DNA of 64,000 nucleotides from Alphaproteobacteria bacterium (GTDB lineage: Bacteria; Pseudomonadota; Alphaproteobacteria; UBA7887), in assembly GCA_965216755.1 (NCBI GenBank), contig CBDCGL010000011.1, positions 1,472,001-1,536,000 on the forward strand, written 5' to 3'. The notes under the pieces are model-generated. The model was given only the letters and a program-made list of their open reading frames with translations. It was not told the DNA's origin and made no database searches. Position 1 is the first letter of the stretch; each line of letters begins with the position of its first letter. Position numbers and translations under genes: made by a program. This document shows positions 1 to 9,893 of the stretch, piece after piece.

Positions 1-920
1 GACTTTTCGCTGACAATTTGACGCAGGCCGGCACTCTGGTCGACAAAGCCGGTACCGAGCCACGCGCCGCTTTCAGCCAAGCTGCTCTTTTCAAACCCAA
101 CGCTCCCGATTTCCACGAATTTGGCGACAATTTGCTCGATTGCCGGCGCCGCAGCCCGGCCATTGAGCTCGTTAACATCGAGCGGAATCGACGTTGTCGC
201 GATCTCAACCGTCGCGGCCAATTCCGTCTCAGCGACCAGTAAGGCCAGAACATCCCGGCGCGCCGCCGCCAGGTCGCCCGACGTGCCGTGGATGAAGCAG
301 AATTTCTCACTCGCGACCTGTGCAGCCGCAAGGCCGTCAATAGATCCCACGCGCAAGGCGAAACCCAAATGGCGCAGGATATTTTGCTTTTCCGCGTCAG
401 CGACGGTCGACAACAGGTCAGCAAATCCATCGATTTGGACAAGCGTCAAAATGGGAACTTGGCCGATTTCGGTACCGCGGTGCAAACAGCGCGCGGCCAG
501 CCGGCATATGCCGGGTCGATCGATCAATTGGCTATCACTGTTTTGGCGCGCTTCAGCGCCTCCAGGCCACCAAAGGCTCGGACTGCCGAACATCAATGAC
601 AAGAGCGCGTGACCGGGCATACGCGAATTCGGCCGGATAACGGCAATCACCCGAATTTGTCGCTGATTTGGTCCGGGAATGCGAAGAAAGACTGGCTGCC
701 GCAGCCTTTCCGCTCGGACTCTGTGCAGCAAATGCCTGAGATATCCCGCATCTTCCGGCGCAACCAGGTCCTCCAACCTCAGTTTCGAAACCTCTTTCGG
801 CGATTTTCCATAGAAACCCGATGTATCGCCGACCGCATCCGTGACGCGGTGCTCAGAATCCAGGGCTATCAAAACATCGGCCGCTGAATCGGAAAGATCT
901 ATCAAATTACCGCGTTCCAA
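1..920 (-). CDS. PAS-like plus degenerate GGDEF-like signalling protein, probably continuing into an EAL domain; 3' end lies outside the window
   Basis: Not in the ORF track. Manual translation of the minus strand is stop-free from ~920 to base 1: LERGNLIDLSDSAADVLIALDSEHRVTDAVGD...LEDLVAPED (PAS-like) ...LTLVQIDGFADL...LRVGSIDGLAAAQVASEKFCFIH (GGDEF-like, motif lost) ...LRQIVSEK. Start uncertain (TTG at 905 or 920). Confidence 0.65.
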   Translation of the reverse strand, partial: MERGNLIDLSDSAADVLIALDSEHRVTDAVGDTSGFYGKSPKEVSKLRLEDLVAPEDAGYLRHLLHRVRAERLRQPVFLRIPGPNQRQIRVIAVIRPNSRMPGHALLSLMFGSPSLWWPGGAEARQNSDSQLIDRPGICRLAARCLHRGTEIGQVPILTLVQIDGFADLLSTVADAEKQNILRHLGFALRVGSIDGLAAAQVASEKFCFIHGTSGDLAAARRDVLALLVAETELAATVEIATTSIPLDVNELNGRAAAPAIEQIVAKFVEIGSVGFEKSSLAESGAWLGTGFVDQSAGLRQIVSEK

Positions 921-1117
921 TTGAATACGCCGCCAGCGGCGCAATACTGAATGTTCGGCGCCACGCCAGCTTAGTTGTAAACGGTTCTGTGGACACGTCC
1001 AGCCGTGTGACAGGTCAGGGTCGCGACGACGCCGAATTGCCCCAGACGACGAACAATTCTCCGGATGCGCGCGCTATTTCGGCCGCCGCTGAGCGCCAAC
1101 CAAAAAATCAGCTAATG

Positions 1118-2419
1118 TCAGCCGGACGAGGCTTCTTTGCGACGCGCCGCGACCATCAGGTCCGGTGGGCTCAGATCGTCCGCATTCAACGCGACAGTAT
1201 CCAGCCGATCAGCCTGCAGATCGGCCGGGCCGCCAAGGTCATCCGCCCCCTCGCTCGAATCATCTCCGATCGGGCCCCCAAGGTTCGGGATCGGCTCGGC
1301 CAACTCAACCCTGTTTCTGCCAGCCCGTTTGGCCGTATACAGCACCTTATCCGCAGCCGTTAGCAGCTCGGAAGCAACAAAACTACGCCCTGGCACACAG
1401 CTGGCGACCCCAAGGCTTATCGTCACGTAGGACCCAACCTGTGAATCGGGATGCGGGATTTTCTGTTTGGCGACGTTTTCGCGCATCAATTCGGCAACCT
1501 TCGCCGCGCCGTCTATAGGCGTATCGGGCAATACGGTGACAAACTCTTCGCCGCCATACCGGGCGACCATGTCCGCCGGCCGATGCAAGCTGCGGCGTAA
1601 GCAGTTGGCAACCATCCAAAGGCAGTCGTCACCTGCCTGGTGGCCAGCATTGTCGTTGTAATTCTTGAAATAATCGACGTCGATCATGACGACGGAAAGC
1701 CAACTCCGGTCGCGGGCGCTGCGACGCCACTCCTGTTCGAGAAAATCCATCAACCAACGACGATTGGGGATGCCAGTAAGACCATCCAAGGTCGATAGAC
1801 GGCGTAGTCGCTCGTTGGTTTCTTCCAAGAGCCGCGTCACTTCGAGCAACTCTTTTTCACGCCGTTCCAATTCGCGCTCGCGTACACGTCGCTCGTCCAT
1901 TGCAAACTTCAGCGTCAATGCCGAAGTTACGCGCGCCTGCAACTCAACCTGATTGATCGGTTTCGTCAGGTAGTCGACAGCACCCGCCCGAAACGCATCT
2001 TCGAGTGTCTCACCTTCATTCAGTGCGGTCACGATGATGACCGGGGTATCCGCGTGGCACCTTGATTGGCGGATGCGACGACACGCTTCAATGCCATCGA
2101 TACCGGGCATCATCACATCCATCAAGACCAAATCTACCGTGTTTTCGGAACCAACAGCTTGCTCCGGATGTGGCGCGATCGGATCGCGCTCAGACGGCAA
2201 AGTATCTGTTTCCTGGGATGTGGTGCGGCTGGCGCCGTCGTCGTCATCGGCGATACCCATAATATCGTAGGCGTTTTGGGCCGACTCAGCCAAAACAACG
2301 TTACGGAAGCCCGACGCTTCAAGAATATGTTTCAACAAGACCCTATTGCCTGGTAGATCGTCCACTACCAGGATGGTCATGTTCGAAATTTGTTCTTGAT
2401 CGCTAAATTGTTCCGTCAC
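1118..2419 (-). CDS. Response regulator diguanylate cyclase (REC-GGDEF)
   Basis: ILVVDD, DVMMP phosphoacceptor, DYLTKP, coiled coil, DGLTG, RPAD I-site and GGEEF active site. Confidence 0.93.
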   Translation of the reverse strand: MTEQFSDQEQISNMTILVVDDLPGNRVLLKHILEASGFRNVVLAESAQNAYDIMGIADDDDGASRTTSQETDTLPSERDPIAPHPEQAVGSENTVDLVLMDVMMPGIDGIEACRRIRQSRCHADTPVIIVTALNEGETLEDAFRAGAVDYLTKPINQVELQARVTSALTLKFAMDERRVRERELERREKELLEVTRLLEETNERLRRLSTLDGLTGIPNRRWLMDFLEQEWRRSARDRSWLSVVMIDVDYFKNYNDNAGHQAGDDCLWMVANCLRRSLHRPADMVARYGGEEFVTVLPDTPIDGAAKVAELMRENVAKQKIPHPDSQVGSYVTISLGVASCVPGRSFVASELLTAADKVLYTAKRAGRNRVELAEPIPNLGGPIGDDSSEGADDLGGPADLQADRLDTVALNADDLSPPDLMVAARRKEASSG

Positions 2420-2685
2420 GGTGCCTTCCCTGAGGCCAATTCAGTCGCCGAGCGTCGATCGCCGGATAATATGTGCAGATGCCCTGTAAACTTGCCGATG
2501 CATCCGCATTAATCCCTAAATCAAAATAGTGTCTCGATCGTAAATTGCCGAATTTTGGGCAGCGATTTCGACGCCGAGGCAGCATTCGGCGGGTGGCGAC
2601 CGCAGTGACTGAGACAAGCCAGCCATGATAACGTTGTTATCTGGTGATCTTCTGAACTCGTCTTCAAGTATTTCGGTACACAAAC

Positions 2686-3852
2686 ATGCCCATCGTAAAC
2701 CGCATCGGCGCATTTCAGGGTGATATGCGCACCTGGCGACAAGACATACATCGTCACCCCGAGCTGGCCTACCAAGAACACCGTACGGCAACCAAAGTGG
2801 CCGAGCTTCTGCGCGCCTTTGGAGTGGATGAAGTCACTGAAGGGATTGGAAAAACCGGCGTCGTTGGGATCATTCGCAATGGCTCGGGTGGACGTATCGG
2901 CCTGCGCGCTGATATGGACGCCCTGCCCATCGTCGAAGAGACCGGATTGCCTTATGCGTCGGAACACGATGGCGTCATGCACGCGTGCGGTCACGACGGC
3001 CATACGGCGATGTTACTGGGAACCGCAAAGTACCTCGCGGAAACGCGAAATTTCAGCGGCACAGTTGTCTTGGTTTTCCAACCTGCCGAAGAGGGCGCGG
3101 CGGGCGCCAAAGCGATGCTTGAAGATGGCTTGTTTGAGCGCTTCCCCGTCGACGCTATCTACGGTGTTCACAACATGCCTGGAATACCAGCGGGCGTTAT
3201 TGCGGTTTCCCCGGGTGCGGTCATGGCGGCAGCCGACGCATTTTCTGTCACCGTGCAGGGCAGCGGCGGCCACGGCGCCATGCCACACTTATCTCGCGAT
3301 CCGGTGACCGCAGCAGCCACGATGGTTTCGGCGCTTCAATCCTTGGTTTCGCGTGAAATTGACCCCCATGCCACCCTCGTGATTTCGGTAACACAAATCC
3401 ACGGCGGCCATGCCTTCAATGTCATACCGGACACGGTGACGCTGGGCGGCACTGTTCGGTATTTCGACACAGAGGTGGGCGCCAACGCCCGCGCACGCAT
3501 GGCGCAGATGCTGGACGGTATCGCCGCCGCCCACGGGGTGGCAGTGGGTTTTGACTACCAAGCCGGTTACCCGCCAACCGTCAATCATGAGAACGAGGCC
3601 GCGTTTGCGCGCAGCGTCGCCGAAAAAGTCAGCGGCGGCAATGGAATCGAGCAACCCAAAGTCATGGGATCCGAAGATTTCTCTTTCTTTCTACAAGAGA
3701 AACCAGGGGCTTACGCATGGGTCGGCAACGGAAACGAACCGAATCGCGCCGCCATTCACAACCCGCACTATGATTTCAACGATGAGATCCTGCCGGTCGG
3801 CGCCAGCTATTTCGCGCGCTTGATCGAAACCGCTTTGCCGCGCCCCGGTTGA
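2686..3852 (+). CDS. M20D family amidohydrolase (hippurate hydrolase-like)
   Basis: HRHPEL, RADMDALP, MHACGHDGH, FQPAEE, GSEDF, HNPHYDFND motifs. Confidence 0.93.
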   Translation: MPIVNRIGAFQGDMRTWRQDIHRHPELAYQEHRTATKVAELLRAFGVDEVTEGIGKTGVVGIIRNGSGGRIGLRADMDALPIVEETGLPYASEHDGVMHACGHDGHTAMLLGTAKYLAETRNFSGTVVLVFQPAEEGAAGAKAMLEDGLFERFPVDAIYGVHNMPGIPAGVIAVSPGAVMAAADAFSVTVQGSGGHGAMPHLSRDPVTAAATMVSALQSLVSREIDPHATLVISVTQIHGGHAFNVIPDTVTLGGTVRYFDTEVGANARARMAQMLDGIAAAHGVAVGFDYQAGYPPTVNHENEAAFARSVAEKVSGGNGIEQPKVMGSEDFSFFLQEKPGAYAWVGNGNEPNRAAIHNPHYDFNDEILPVGASYFARLIETALPRPG

Positions 3853-3888
3853 GCCCCGTTTTATCGCCACGTCAGAAAGTCACAGACC

Positions 3889-4689
3889 ATGCCGCGCCTA
3901 GCCGCCAACCTGTCCTTCATGTTCACCGAGTTAGATTTTTTGGACAGATTCAGGGCCGCCGCCAATGCCGGATTTCGGGGTGTCGAATTCCTGTTTCCGT
4001 ATAATTGGCCGGCGGGTCAAATAGCGGAACAACTGCGCGTAAGTGGCCTGAAACAAGTTCTATTCAACGTGCCGCCCGGCGATTGGCAATCCGGTGACCG
4101 AGGTTTGGCCGCGATACCTGGGCGCGAAAGGGAGTTTCGTGAAGGGATAGAACGCGCCTTGGACTATGCGGAAGCTCTCGATTGCCCGCAAATTCACGTT
4201 ATGGCCGGGGTACTCCCCAACACGCTCGTTCCGGCGACCGTCGAGCCCGTTTATGTCGAGAATCTCCAATACGCCGCCGAACAGGCCGCACGCCGGGGAG
4301 TGCGGGCACTGATCGAACCCCTGAACACCAAATATGATGCCCCAGGCTACGTCTTGAGCGGCACCGCACAAGCCCGCCGGATCATCGAACAGGTGGGGCG
4401 TAACAACCTGTTTTTGCAGTGCGATCTATATCATGTGCAGATCATGCAAGGCGACCTGGCGCAGACTATTCGCGACAACATTGACATCATACGCCATTTC
4501 CAGATTGCCGGCGTGCCCGGACGCCATGAACCCGACAGCGGCGAAATAAACTATCCCTTCTTGTTCAACATTATCGATACGCTCGGATATGAGGGCTGGA
4601 TCGGTTGTGAGTACCGTCCGGCTGGTCCGACCCTTGACGGCCTGACTTGGGCCTTCGACTACGACATCAGCGGTCACGGCGGCGGTTAA
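3889..4689 (+). CDS. hyi: Hydroxypyruvate isomerase family protein (Hyi/OtnI)
   Basis: MPRLAANLSFMFTE, GVEFLFPY, IEPLN, DLYHVQ, PGRHEP, GCEYRP. Confidence 0.88.
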   Translation: MPRLAANLSFMFTELDFLDRFRAAANAGFRGVEFLFPYNWPAGQIAEQLRVSGLKQVLFNVPPGDWQSGDRGLAAIPGREREFREGIERALDYAEALDCPQIHVMAGVLPNTLVPATVEPVYVENLQYAAEQAARRGVRALIEPLNTKYDAPGYVLSGTAQARRIIEQVGRNNLFLQCDLYHVQIMQGDLAQTIRDNIDIIRHFQIAGVPGRHEPDSGEINYPFLFNIIDTLGYEGWIGCEYRPAGPTLDGLTWAFDYDISGHGGG

Positions 4690-4713
4690 GCGGAACAGGC
4701 GCAGGCCGCGCGA

Positions 4714-6393
4714 TCAGGCAGCGAACGTTCGAATGACTTCACCAGCGCGTGGAGGCGAGTCGACCAGCGCTCCATCGTTCACGATCCGCTGGCCGTTAAC
4801 CCAAACACCATCTAGACCGGTCGCTGAACACGTCAGCCGTGGCGCGCCACCAGGCAAATCGTGAATACGTCGGTTGCTGCTGCGGCCAATCGTTTCGGGG
4901 TCAAAGAGAACCAGATCCGCATGGGCGCCGACCGCAATCCGACCGCGGTCGGGCAATCGATAGATATCTGCCTGTCGACCGGTCAGCATATGGATCGCGG
5001 TTTCCATGGGGAATTGTCCCTTATCGCGTGCCCAATGCCCGAGCAAATGGAGCGCATATCCGGCGTCGCAAAAAAAGGTCAAGTGAGCCCCGGCGTCGGA
5101 CAGAGCGACCGACGCTTGCGGATGGCGCAACAAACGACGGACCGCCGATTCATCGGAATTCAGCAACAGGGCCGCGAATTGTGTCTTTAGGTCCTCGGTA
5201 AGACCAAAATCCAGCCACCAATCAAGGGGGTGTTGGCCGTCCGCCGCCGCCAAAGCTGCGATCGACTGGCCTTCTGCCGCCCGGTTGCGCGGGTCGGCAG
5301 CCTCGACAACCTTGATCCGATCCCATTGCCCATTGAAGACGCGCAGTCTGCCAGGAACTTCAATTTCCCGCTTAACGGCGGCGCGAAATTCGCGGTTTTG
5401 GTAGACCGCCTTCAACGCATCGCCTTGCGCTCCCATGGCCGGCGCCCACGCATCGAGGCTTTCCATCAAATACGGCGCCTCCAGGGTGAAATCCATGGTC
5501 AATGGGCAGCAGGAGACCTGACCATACATCTCGTGCCCACGCGCCGATGCCTCACCGATATGGTTCAAATCGGCTATGGCCGCATCTGGGCGCGTACTGT
5601 CGTGGAGCAGCGCGGCAACCAAGGCAGGCCGGCCCGTATCAGCGATAAGAGCTTCCAGATACGGCACGGGTGTCATTGATCCCTTGGTCAGCATGAATAC
5701 GCCATGAGACGCCTGACCAAGGACACCGACGAGCGCCCGGAGCTCCGCATCGTTTGCCAACCGCGATGGCATCGGCACGCCCCCTTCGCCATTGTGTCCC
5801 TCGAAGGTCGATGTTGAAAAGCCGATCCCGCCTGCGGCCAGGCCGTCACGGACCAGAATGGCCATTTCCTCAATTTCCTCTGCGGTGGCCGCCCGTTCGG
5901 TCGCAGCCTCGCCCATCACCCAGGTTCGCACGGAACAATGCCCGACATAGGCGGCCACGTTGGCGCCCACACCGCGTTGGGTCAGAAAATCGAGATATTC
6001 CGGAAAGGTTTCGAACGACCACTGCACGCCCTCACGCAAGGCCGACAAGGACATACCCTCGACATGGGTCAGGTTCCGCAAAGTCAGATCCCGATGCTCC
6101 GGTCGACAGGGCGCGATCGTGAAGCCACAGTTGCCCATGATCACAGTGGTGACGCCTAACGTCGGTGACGGATTGGCAAGAGGGTCCCACGTGATCTGGG
6201 CGTCATAGTGTGTGTGGGTGTCGATAAATCCAGGCGCCAATGCCAGACCGGCGCCGTCGACGATCTCGGCGGCACGACCAAGGTCGGACCCGATATCGAC
6301 GACGCGGTCGCCATTTACGGCAACAGACGCCACGCGTGGTGCGGCACCGGTGCCGTCATAGACCGTCGCGTTGTTGATCACCAGGTCATGCAT
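4714..6393 (-). CDS. N-acyl-D-amino-acid deacylase family amidohydrolase
   Basis: PGFIDTHTHYD, GVTTVIMGNCG, SDAGAH, ADLVLFDP. Confidence 0.9.
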   Translation of the reverse strand: MHDLVINNATVYDGTGAAPRVASVAVNGDRVVDIGSDLGRAAEIVDGAGLALAPGFIDTHTHYDAQITWDPLANPSPTLGVTTVIMGNCGFTIAPCRPEHRDLTLRNLTHVEGMSLSALREGVQWSFETFPEYLDFLTQRGVGANVAAYVGHCSVRTWVMGEAATERAATAEEIEEMAILVRDGLAAGGIGFSTSTFEGHNGEGGVPMPSRLANDAELRALVGVLGQASHGVFMLTKGSMTPVPYLEALIADTGRPALVAALLHDSTRPDAAIADLNHIGEASARGHEMYGQVSCCPLTMDFTLEAPYLMESLDAWAPAMGAQGDALKAVYQNREFRAAVKREIEVPGRLRVFNGQWDRIKVVEAADPRNRAAEGQSIAALAAADGQHPLDWWLDFGLTEDLKTQFAALLLNSDESAVRRLLRHPQASVALSDAGAHLTFFCDAGYALHLLGHWARDKGQFPMETAIHMLTGRQADIYRLPDRGRIAVGAHADLVLFDPETIGRSSNRRIHDLPGGAPRLTCSATGLDGVWVNGQRIVNDGALVDSPPRAGEVIRTFAA

Positions 6394-6564
6394 TGCGCAT
6401 CTCCACTAGGCTTGGACGTCATCAAACCGACTAACGGCACCGTGACCATCTCTGGACCCGCTCCCTACCCGGCATCATATCTAAAGGCGAGACCCTTGCC
6501 GCCGGTTTGGGCCGGCCACGAGCCCACTGACCATCCTTAGGGTCGGTCGAATGGGGAGCCGAAG

Positions 6565-7611
6565 ATGACCACACAGCGAAGCCGTAGTCTCGACCATTTT
6601 GAGCAAATCGCCACTTGCGATGACAAAGCATCTGGTTTGCGCGCCGTGATTGTCATTCACAGTACGCGCCGCGGGCCGGCTTTGGGTGGGTGTCGCATGT
6701 GGCCCTTTCCGACCGAACGCGACGCCATCAATGACGCCAAACGGTTGGCGCGCGGCATGACCTTCAAGGCGGCGTTGACCGACCTACCCCTGGGTGGCGG
6801 CAAATCAGTGATCATTGGCGACCCGAGGGCCGACAAGTCGCCCCAACTGCTGCGCGCCTTCGGCGCATTCGTCGACAGCATGCAGGGGCGTTATGTGACG
6901 GGCGAGGATGTCGGCACATCGGTTGCTGATATGGAATTCGTCGCGGAAAGCACAGCCCATGTCGCGGGCCGCGCCGAAGGCAGCGGCGACCCGTCACCCG
7001 TGACGGCACGGGGCGTATTCATGGGCATCCGCGCCGCGGTACGTCATCGCTATGGCGATGAATCACTGAGCGAATTAACGGTTGCCGTACAAGGCATCGG
7101 ACATGTCGGTTACGATCTTTGTGCGCTGCTTCACGACGCCGGCGCAAATCTCATCATTTCTGACATAAACGCAAACGCATGCGGCAAAGCGAAATCTGCT
7201 TTTGGCGCTGCTGTCGTGCCGATTGATCAAATCAGCGCATCGAAAGCGCACATTTTTGCGCCTTGCGCTTTGGGCGCCGTGATCAACGACGACACACTGC
7301 CGCAGCTCGACGTTGACATCGTCGCCGGCGCCGCAAACAACCAGCTGGCTGAGCCGCGCCACGGCGCCGCCCTTCATGCAAAAAGGATTCTGTTTGCGCC
7401 AGACTATGTGATCAACGCCGGCGGGCTCATGAACGTCGCATGGGACGTTTTGCACGCCGGTGAGACGTACGACCAAGACCGCGTAATGAGGGATGTCGAG
7501 CGCATCGACGGCCGACTCTCAGAAATATTCGCACAATCACAAAAATACGACCGACCGACCGACGTCGTCGCCGACGCGATGGCAAAGAAGGTTCTCGACA
7601 ACACAAGCTGA
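6565..7611 (+). CDS. ldh: Leu/Phe/Val dehydrogenase
   Basis: GPALGGCRM, GMTFKAA, GGGKSVI, GEDVGT, QGIGHVG, AGAANNQL, PDYVINAGG. Confidence 0.92.
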   Translation: MTTQRSRSLDHFEQIATCDDKASGLRAVIVIHSTRRGPALGGCRMWPFPTERDAINDAKRLARGMTFKAALTDLPLGGGKSVIIGDPRADKSPQLLRAFGAFVDSMQGRYVTGEDVGTSVADMEFVAESTAHVAGRAEGSGDPSPVTARGVFMGIRAAVRHRYGDESLSELTVAVQGIGHVGYDLCALLHDAGANLIISDINANACGKAKSAFGAAVVPIDQISASKAHIFAPCALGAVINDDTLPQLDVDIVAGAANNQLAEPRHGAALHAKRILFAPDYVINAGGLMNVAWDVLHAGETYDQDRVMRDVERIDGRLSEIFAQSQKYDRPTDVVADAMAKKVLDNTS

Positions 7612-7622
7612 CGCATCAAAAA

Positions 7623-7710
7623 GATCTCGGTGACGGCTGTCTCGGTCCACCCATTCGCAATATCTTCGGTGGCACGACAATTGTCGAATTTGTAAGCCAT
7701 CACCGAAATC
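7623..7710. repeat. Degenerate palindromic REP/MITE-like element (copy A)
   Basis: Inverted arms GATCTCGGTGACGGCT (7623-7638) and AGCCATCACCGAAATC (7695-7710), 14/16 complementary; termini resemble the ATTTCGGTGAC...GTCACCGAAAT ends of the 11565-11657 element. Confidence 0.55.
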
Positions 7711-7718
7711 CGGGTTTC

Positions 7719-8228
7719 CTATAGCATGTCGGCGATGGCGTCGATTCCGGCTTGCGCGCACGCTTCATCTTCGTCCGCACTGGCACCACTAACGCCAATA
7801 CCGCCAATATGCTGCCCATCTTTGGTCATGATCGGCAAGCCACCCGCAAACGCAGCAAGGCCCGGCACCTCGGCCACGCCAGGCAAGGGTCCCGGTTCGC
7901 CGTCTTTCCCATAAGCCAGTTCTGCGATCAGTCTTGACGGAAATGGGAACGACGCAGACGTATTGGCTTTCAATCGCGAAACCTGAATGCTGCCCAAAAA
8001 CGCGTTCTCTTGCCGCCTAAACAGCTTAAGATTCGCGCCATCGTCATAGATCGCGATATTCAGGGGACGCCAGCCCGCTTCGGCCTGCGCCGCTTCGCAT
8101 GCGTCCGCCATCGCTTTCGCCATTTCCAATGTTAGGACCGGTTTTTGTTCAACGGCTTCGGCCCTGTTCGACAGGGCGCTCGCAATAACCACGGCCACAG
8201 CCAAAGTCAACAAACCCCGCTTTTCCAC
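7719..8228 (-). CDS. Secreted GlcG/HbpS family heme-binding protein
   Basis: NIAIYDDGANL, KANTSA, FAGGLPI, IGGIGVSGAS...DEACAQAG; signal peptide ending AEA; GTG start at 8228 after GGAGG (the ORF-track start at 8444 is likely too long). Confidence 0.85.
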   Translation of the reverse strand: MEKRGLLTLAVAVVIASALSNRAEAVEQKPVLTLEMAKAMADACEAAQAEAGWRPLNIAIYDDGANLKLFRRQENAFLGSIQVSRLKANTSASFPFPSRLIAELAYGKDGEPGPLPGVAEVPGLAAFAGGLPIMTKDGQHIGGIGVSGASADEDEACAQAGIDAIADML

Positions 8229-8335
8229 TTCCACCTCCCATTTTCCTTCGCGTTCAGCACAATGCGTGCAGTTGGCAAGGCTAAGGCGTGCCCACGACCG
8301 GCGACAAATAGCAATTGCGTGAGAGCTGGGTTGCG

Positions 8336-8782
8336 CTATTCGATCGGCGTGAAGTCGAATGCGTTTTCGGCGTGGAAGTAAAACGAACAGGGGACGTCCG
8401 ACACGCAGGCGGTCGCGTGAACGGCGCCCGACGGGACATACCAATACGAACCGACATGCATCGTTGGTGGGTCTTCTTCGTCAGCAAAGGGATTGGTCAT
8501 CGTGCCGGAAAGAACGACCGCGTGATAGGCGCCGCTGTGTGTATGAAAAGGTGTTTGAAAGTGAGGCTTGAACCTACCGAAGGTACCATGTGCCCCCTGA
8601 CCGCGATCGCCCCATGCCGGCGCCATCTCGATCATTTCGTTCATCGCCTCAAATTGCCTTTCCGGCGCAGGCAGAACGGCTTCGGCCGTCGAGTCGAAGG
8701 ACGACTCTGCGAACGCGGCACTGGCCAAGCCGCTTGCCATAAAAAAGTGGGTCACAATGACCACGCTTGCGTATTTCACCAC
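8336..8782 (-). CDS. Secreted cupin protein (DUF4437-like)
   Basis: AWGD...GAHGTF, PFHTHSGAYHAVVLSG, GSYWYVPSGAVHATAC; signal peptide ending AFA; GTG start after GGAGA. Confidence 0.8.
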   Translation of the reverse strand: MVKYASVVIVTHFFMASGLASAAFAESSFDSTAEAVLPAPERQFEAMNEMIEMAPAWGDRGQGAHGTFGRFKPHFQTPFHTHSGAYHAVVLSGTMTNPFADEEDPPTMHVGSYWYVPSGAVHATACVSDVPCSFYFHAENAFDFTPIE

Positions 8783-8957
8783 GTCATCTCCCGCGCTGGT
8801 TGTTTGACCGTCGTGGCTGATCCTATGATCACAAGGATTGAACTTTGAATGATCGATCGTCCACATTTCCCGATCGAACGTACGAACAGCTAGAGCCTAC
8901 GCTAGAATTATGTGATGTCGATGTTCAGACTGCCTGAATGCCAAAGAAGATAATGGT

Positions 8958-9893
8958 GTGAACGACAATCCCATGGACGACGTCCTTAGCGATATCTTGC
9001 GCTTGGTCCGCGTGGAATCCTGTGTCTACTTCTTGCGCGACTTCCGCGCGCCTTGGGGCATCGCGATTCCTCAGGGCAAGGTCGCGCAGTTTCATGCTGT
9101 CGTGCATGGACATTGTGTTGTCGAAATCAATAGCCGGTCGGTTTCATTGTCGACCGGCGACGTCATTCTGTTGCCCCACGGAAACGCTCATGTTTTGGCG
9201 GATTCGTGCGGCAGTCCGGCGCAGCCAGCTGCCGACGTAATGGCGTCTTTTCGTTCCGAATGTCCGGCATTCGTGACCGGCGATCGTGTGACGCAAATAT
9301 TGTGTGGGCATTTCGCGTATCGGTCCGACTTGCGTCATCCTTTGTTCGCAGAACTCCCGAAATTCGTGCATGAAGCCGCCTACGATGCCGCATCGCATGG
9401 AACGTTGGCGGCCGTGCTGCCGCTTCTTACCCACGAAATGAAGACCCAGCAACCGGGATCGGAGTCTGTGATCGAGCGGTTCGCCGAGATCTTGCTGGTA
9501 CAATTGTTGCGTCTCTATGTAAACAGATTGCCTCAGAGGCGCGGTTTTCTTGCGGGAATATCGGACGGCCGAATCGCACGCGCAGTGCGAGTTGTTCACC
9601 GAGATCATGATCAGAATCTATCAATCCAGCGATTGGCCGACGCGGCTGGCATGTCACGCACCGCGTTTGCTCAGCACTTCAAGCGGCTTATGGGTGTGAC
9701 ACCGATCGACTATCTGACCCAATGGCGCATGTATCAAGCAAGTGAGTTATTGACGTCGAATGGCCTGACACTCGCGGATATCGCCGCGCGCATCGGATAC
9801 GATTCAGATGTGGCGTTCAGTCGCGCCTTCAAGCGTCAATTCCAAATCAGTCCAAGCGCGTACCGGCGCGCGGCCCGGACCGACGCCGGCTAA
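8958..9893 (+). CDS. AraC family regulator with N-terminal cupin_6 domain (RclR-like architecture)
   Basis: MDDVLSDIL, PWGI, FHAVVHGHC, ILCGHF; C-terminal AraC HTH GMSRTAF...IGYDSDVAFSRAFKR. Confidence 0.92.
   Translation: MNDNPMDDVLSDILRLVRVESCVYFLRDFRAPWGIAIPQGKVAQFHAVVHGHCVVEINSRSVSLSTGDVILLPHGNAHVLADSCGSPAQPAADVMASFRSECPAFVTGDRVTQILCGHFAYRSDLRHPLFAELPKFVHEAAYDAASHGTLAAVLPLLTHEMKTQQPGSESVIERFAEILLVQLLRLYVNRLPQRRGFLAGISDGRIARAVRVVHRDHDQNLSIQRLADAAGMSRTAFAQHFKRLMGVTPIDYLTQWRMYQASELLTSNGLTLADIAARIGYDSDVAFSRAFKRQFQISPSAYRRAARTDAG

Noticed and set aside
18-887. Plus-strand ORFs listed at the left edge
   Set aside because: They are antisense shadows of the unlisted minus-strand PAS/GGDEF-like gene and show no motifs
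2508-2525. CtrA-like site TTAA-N7-ATCAA upstream of the diguanylate cyclase
   Set aside because: The second half-site deviates from TTAAC; too weak to call
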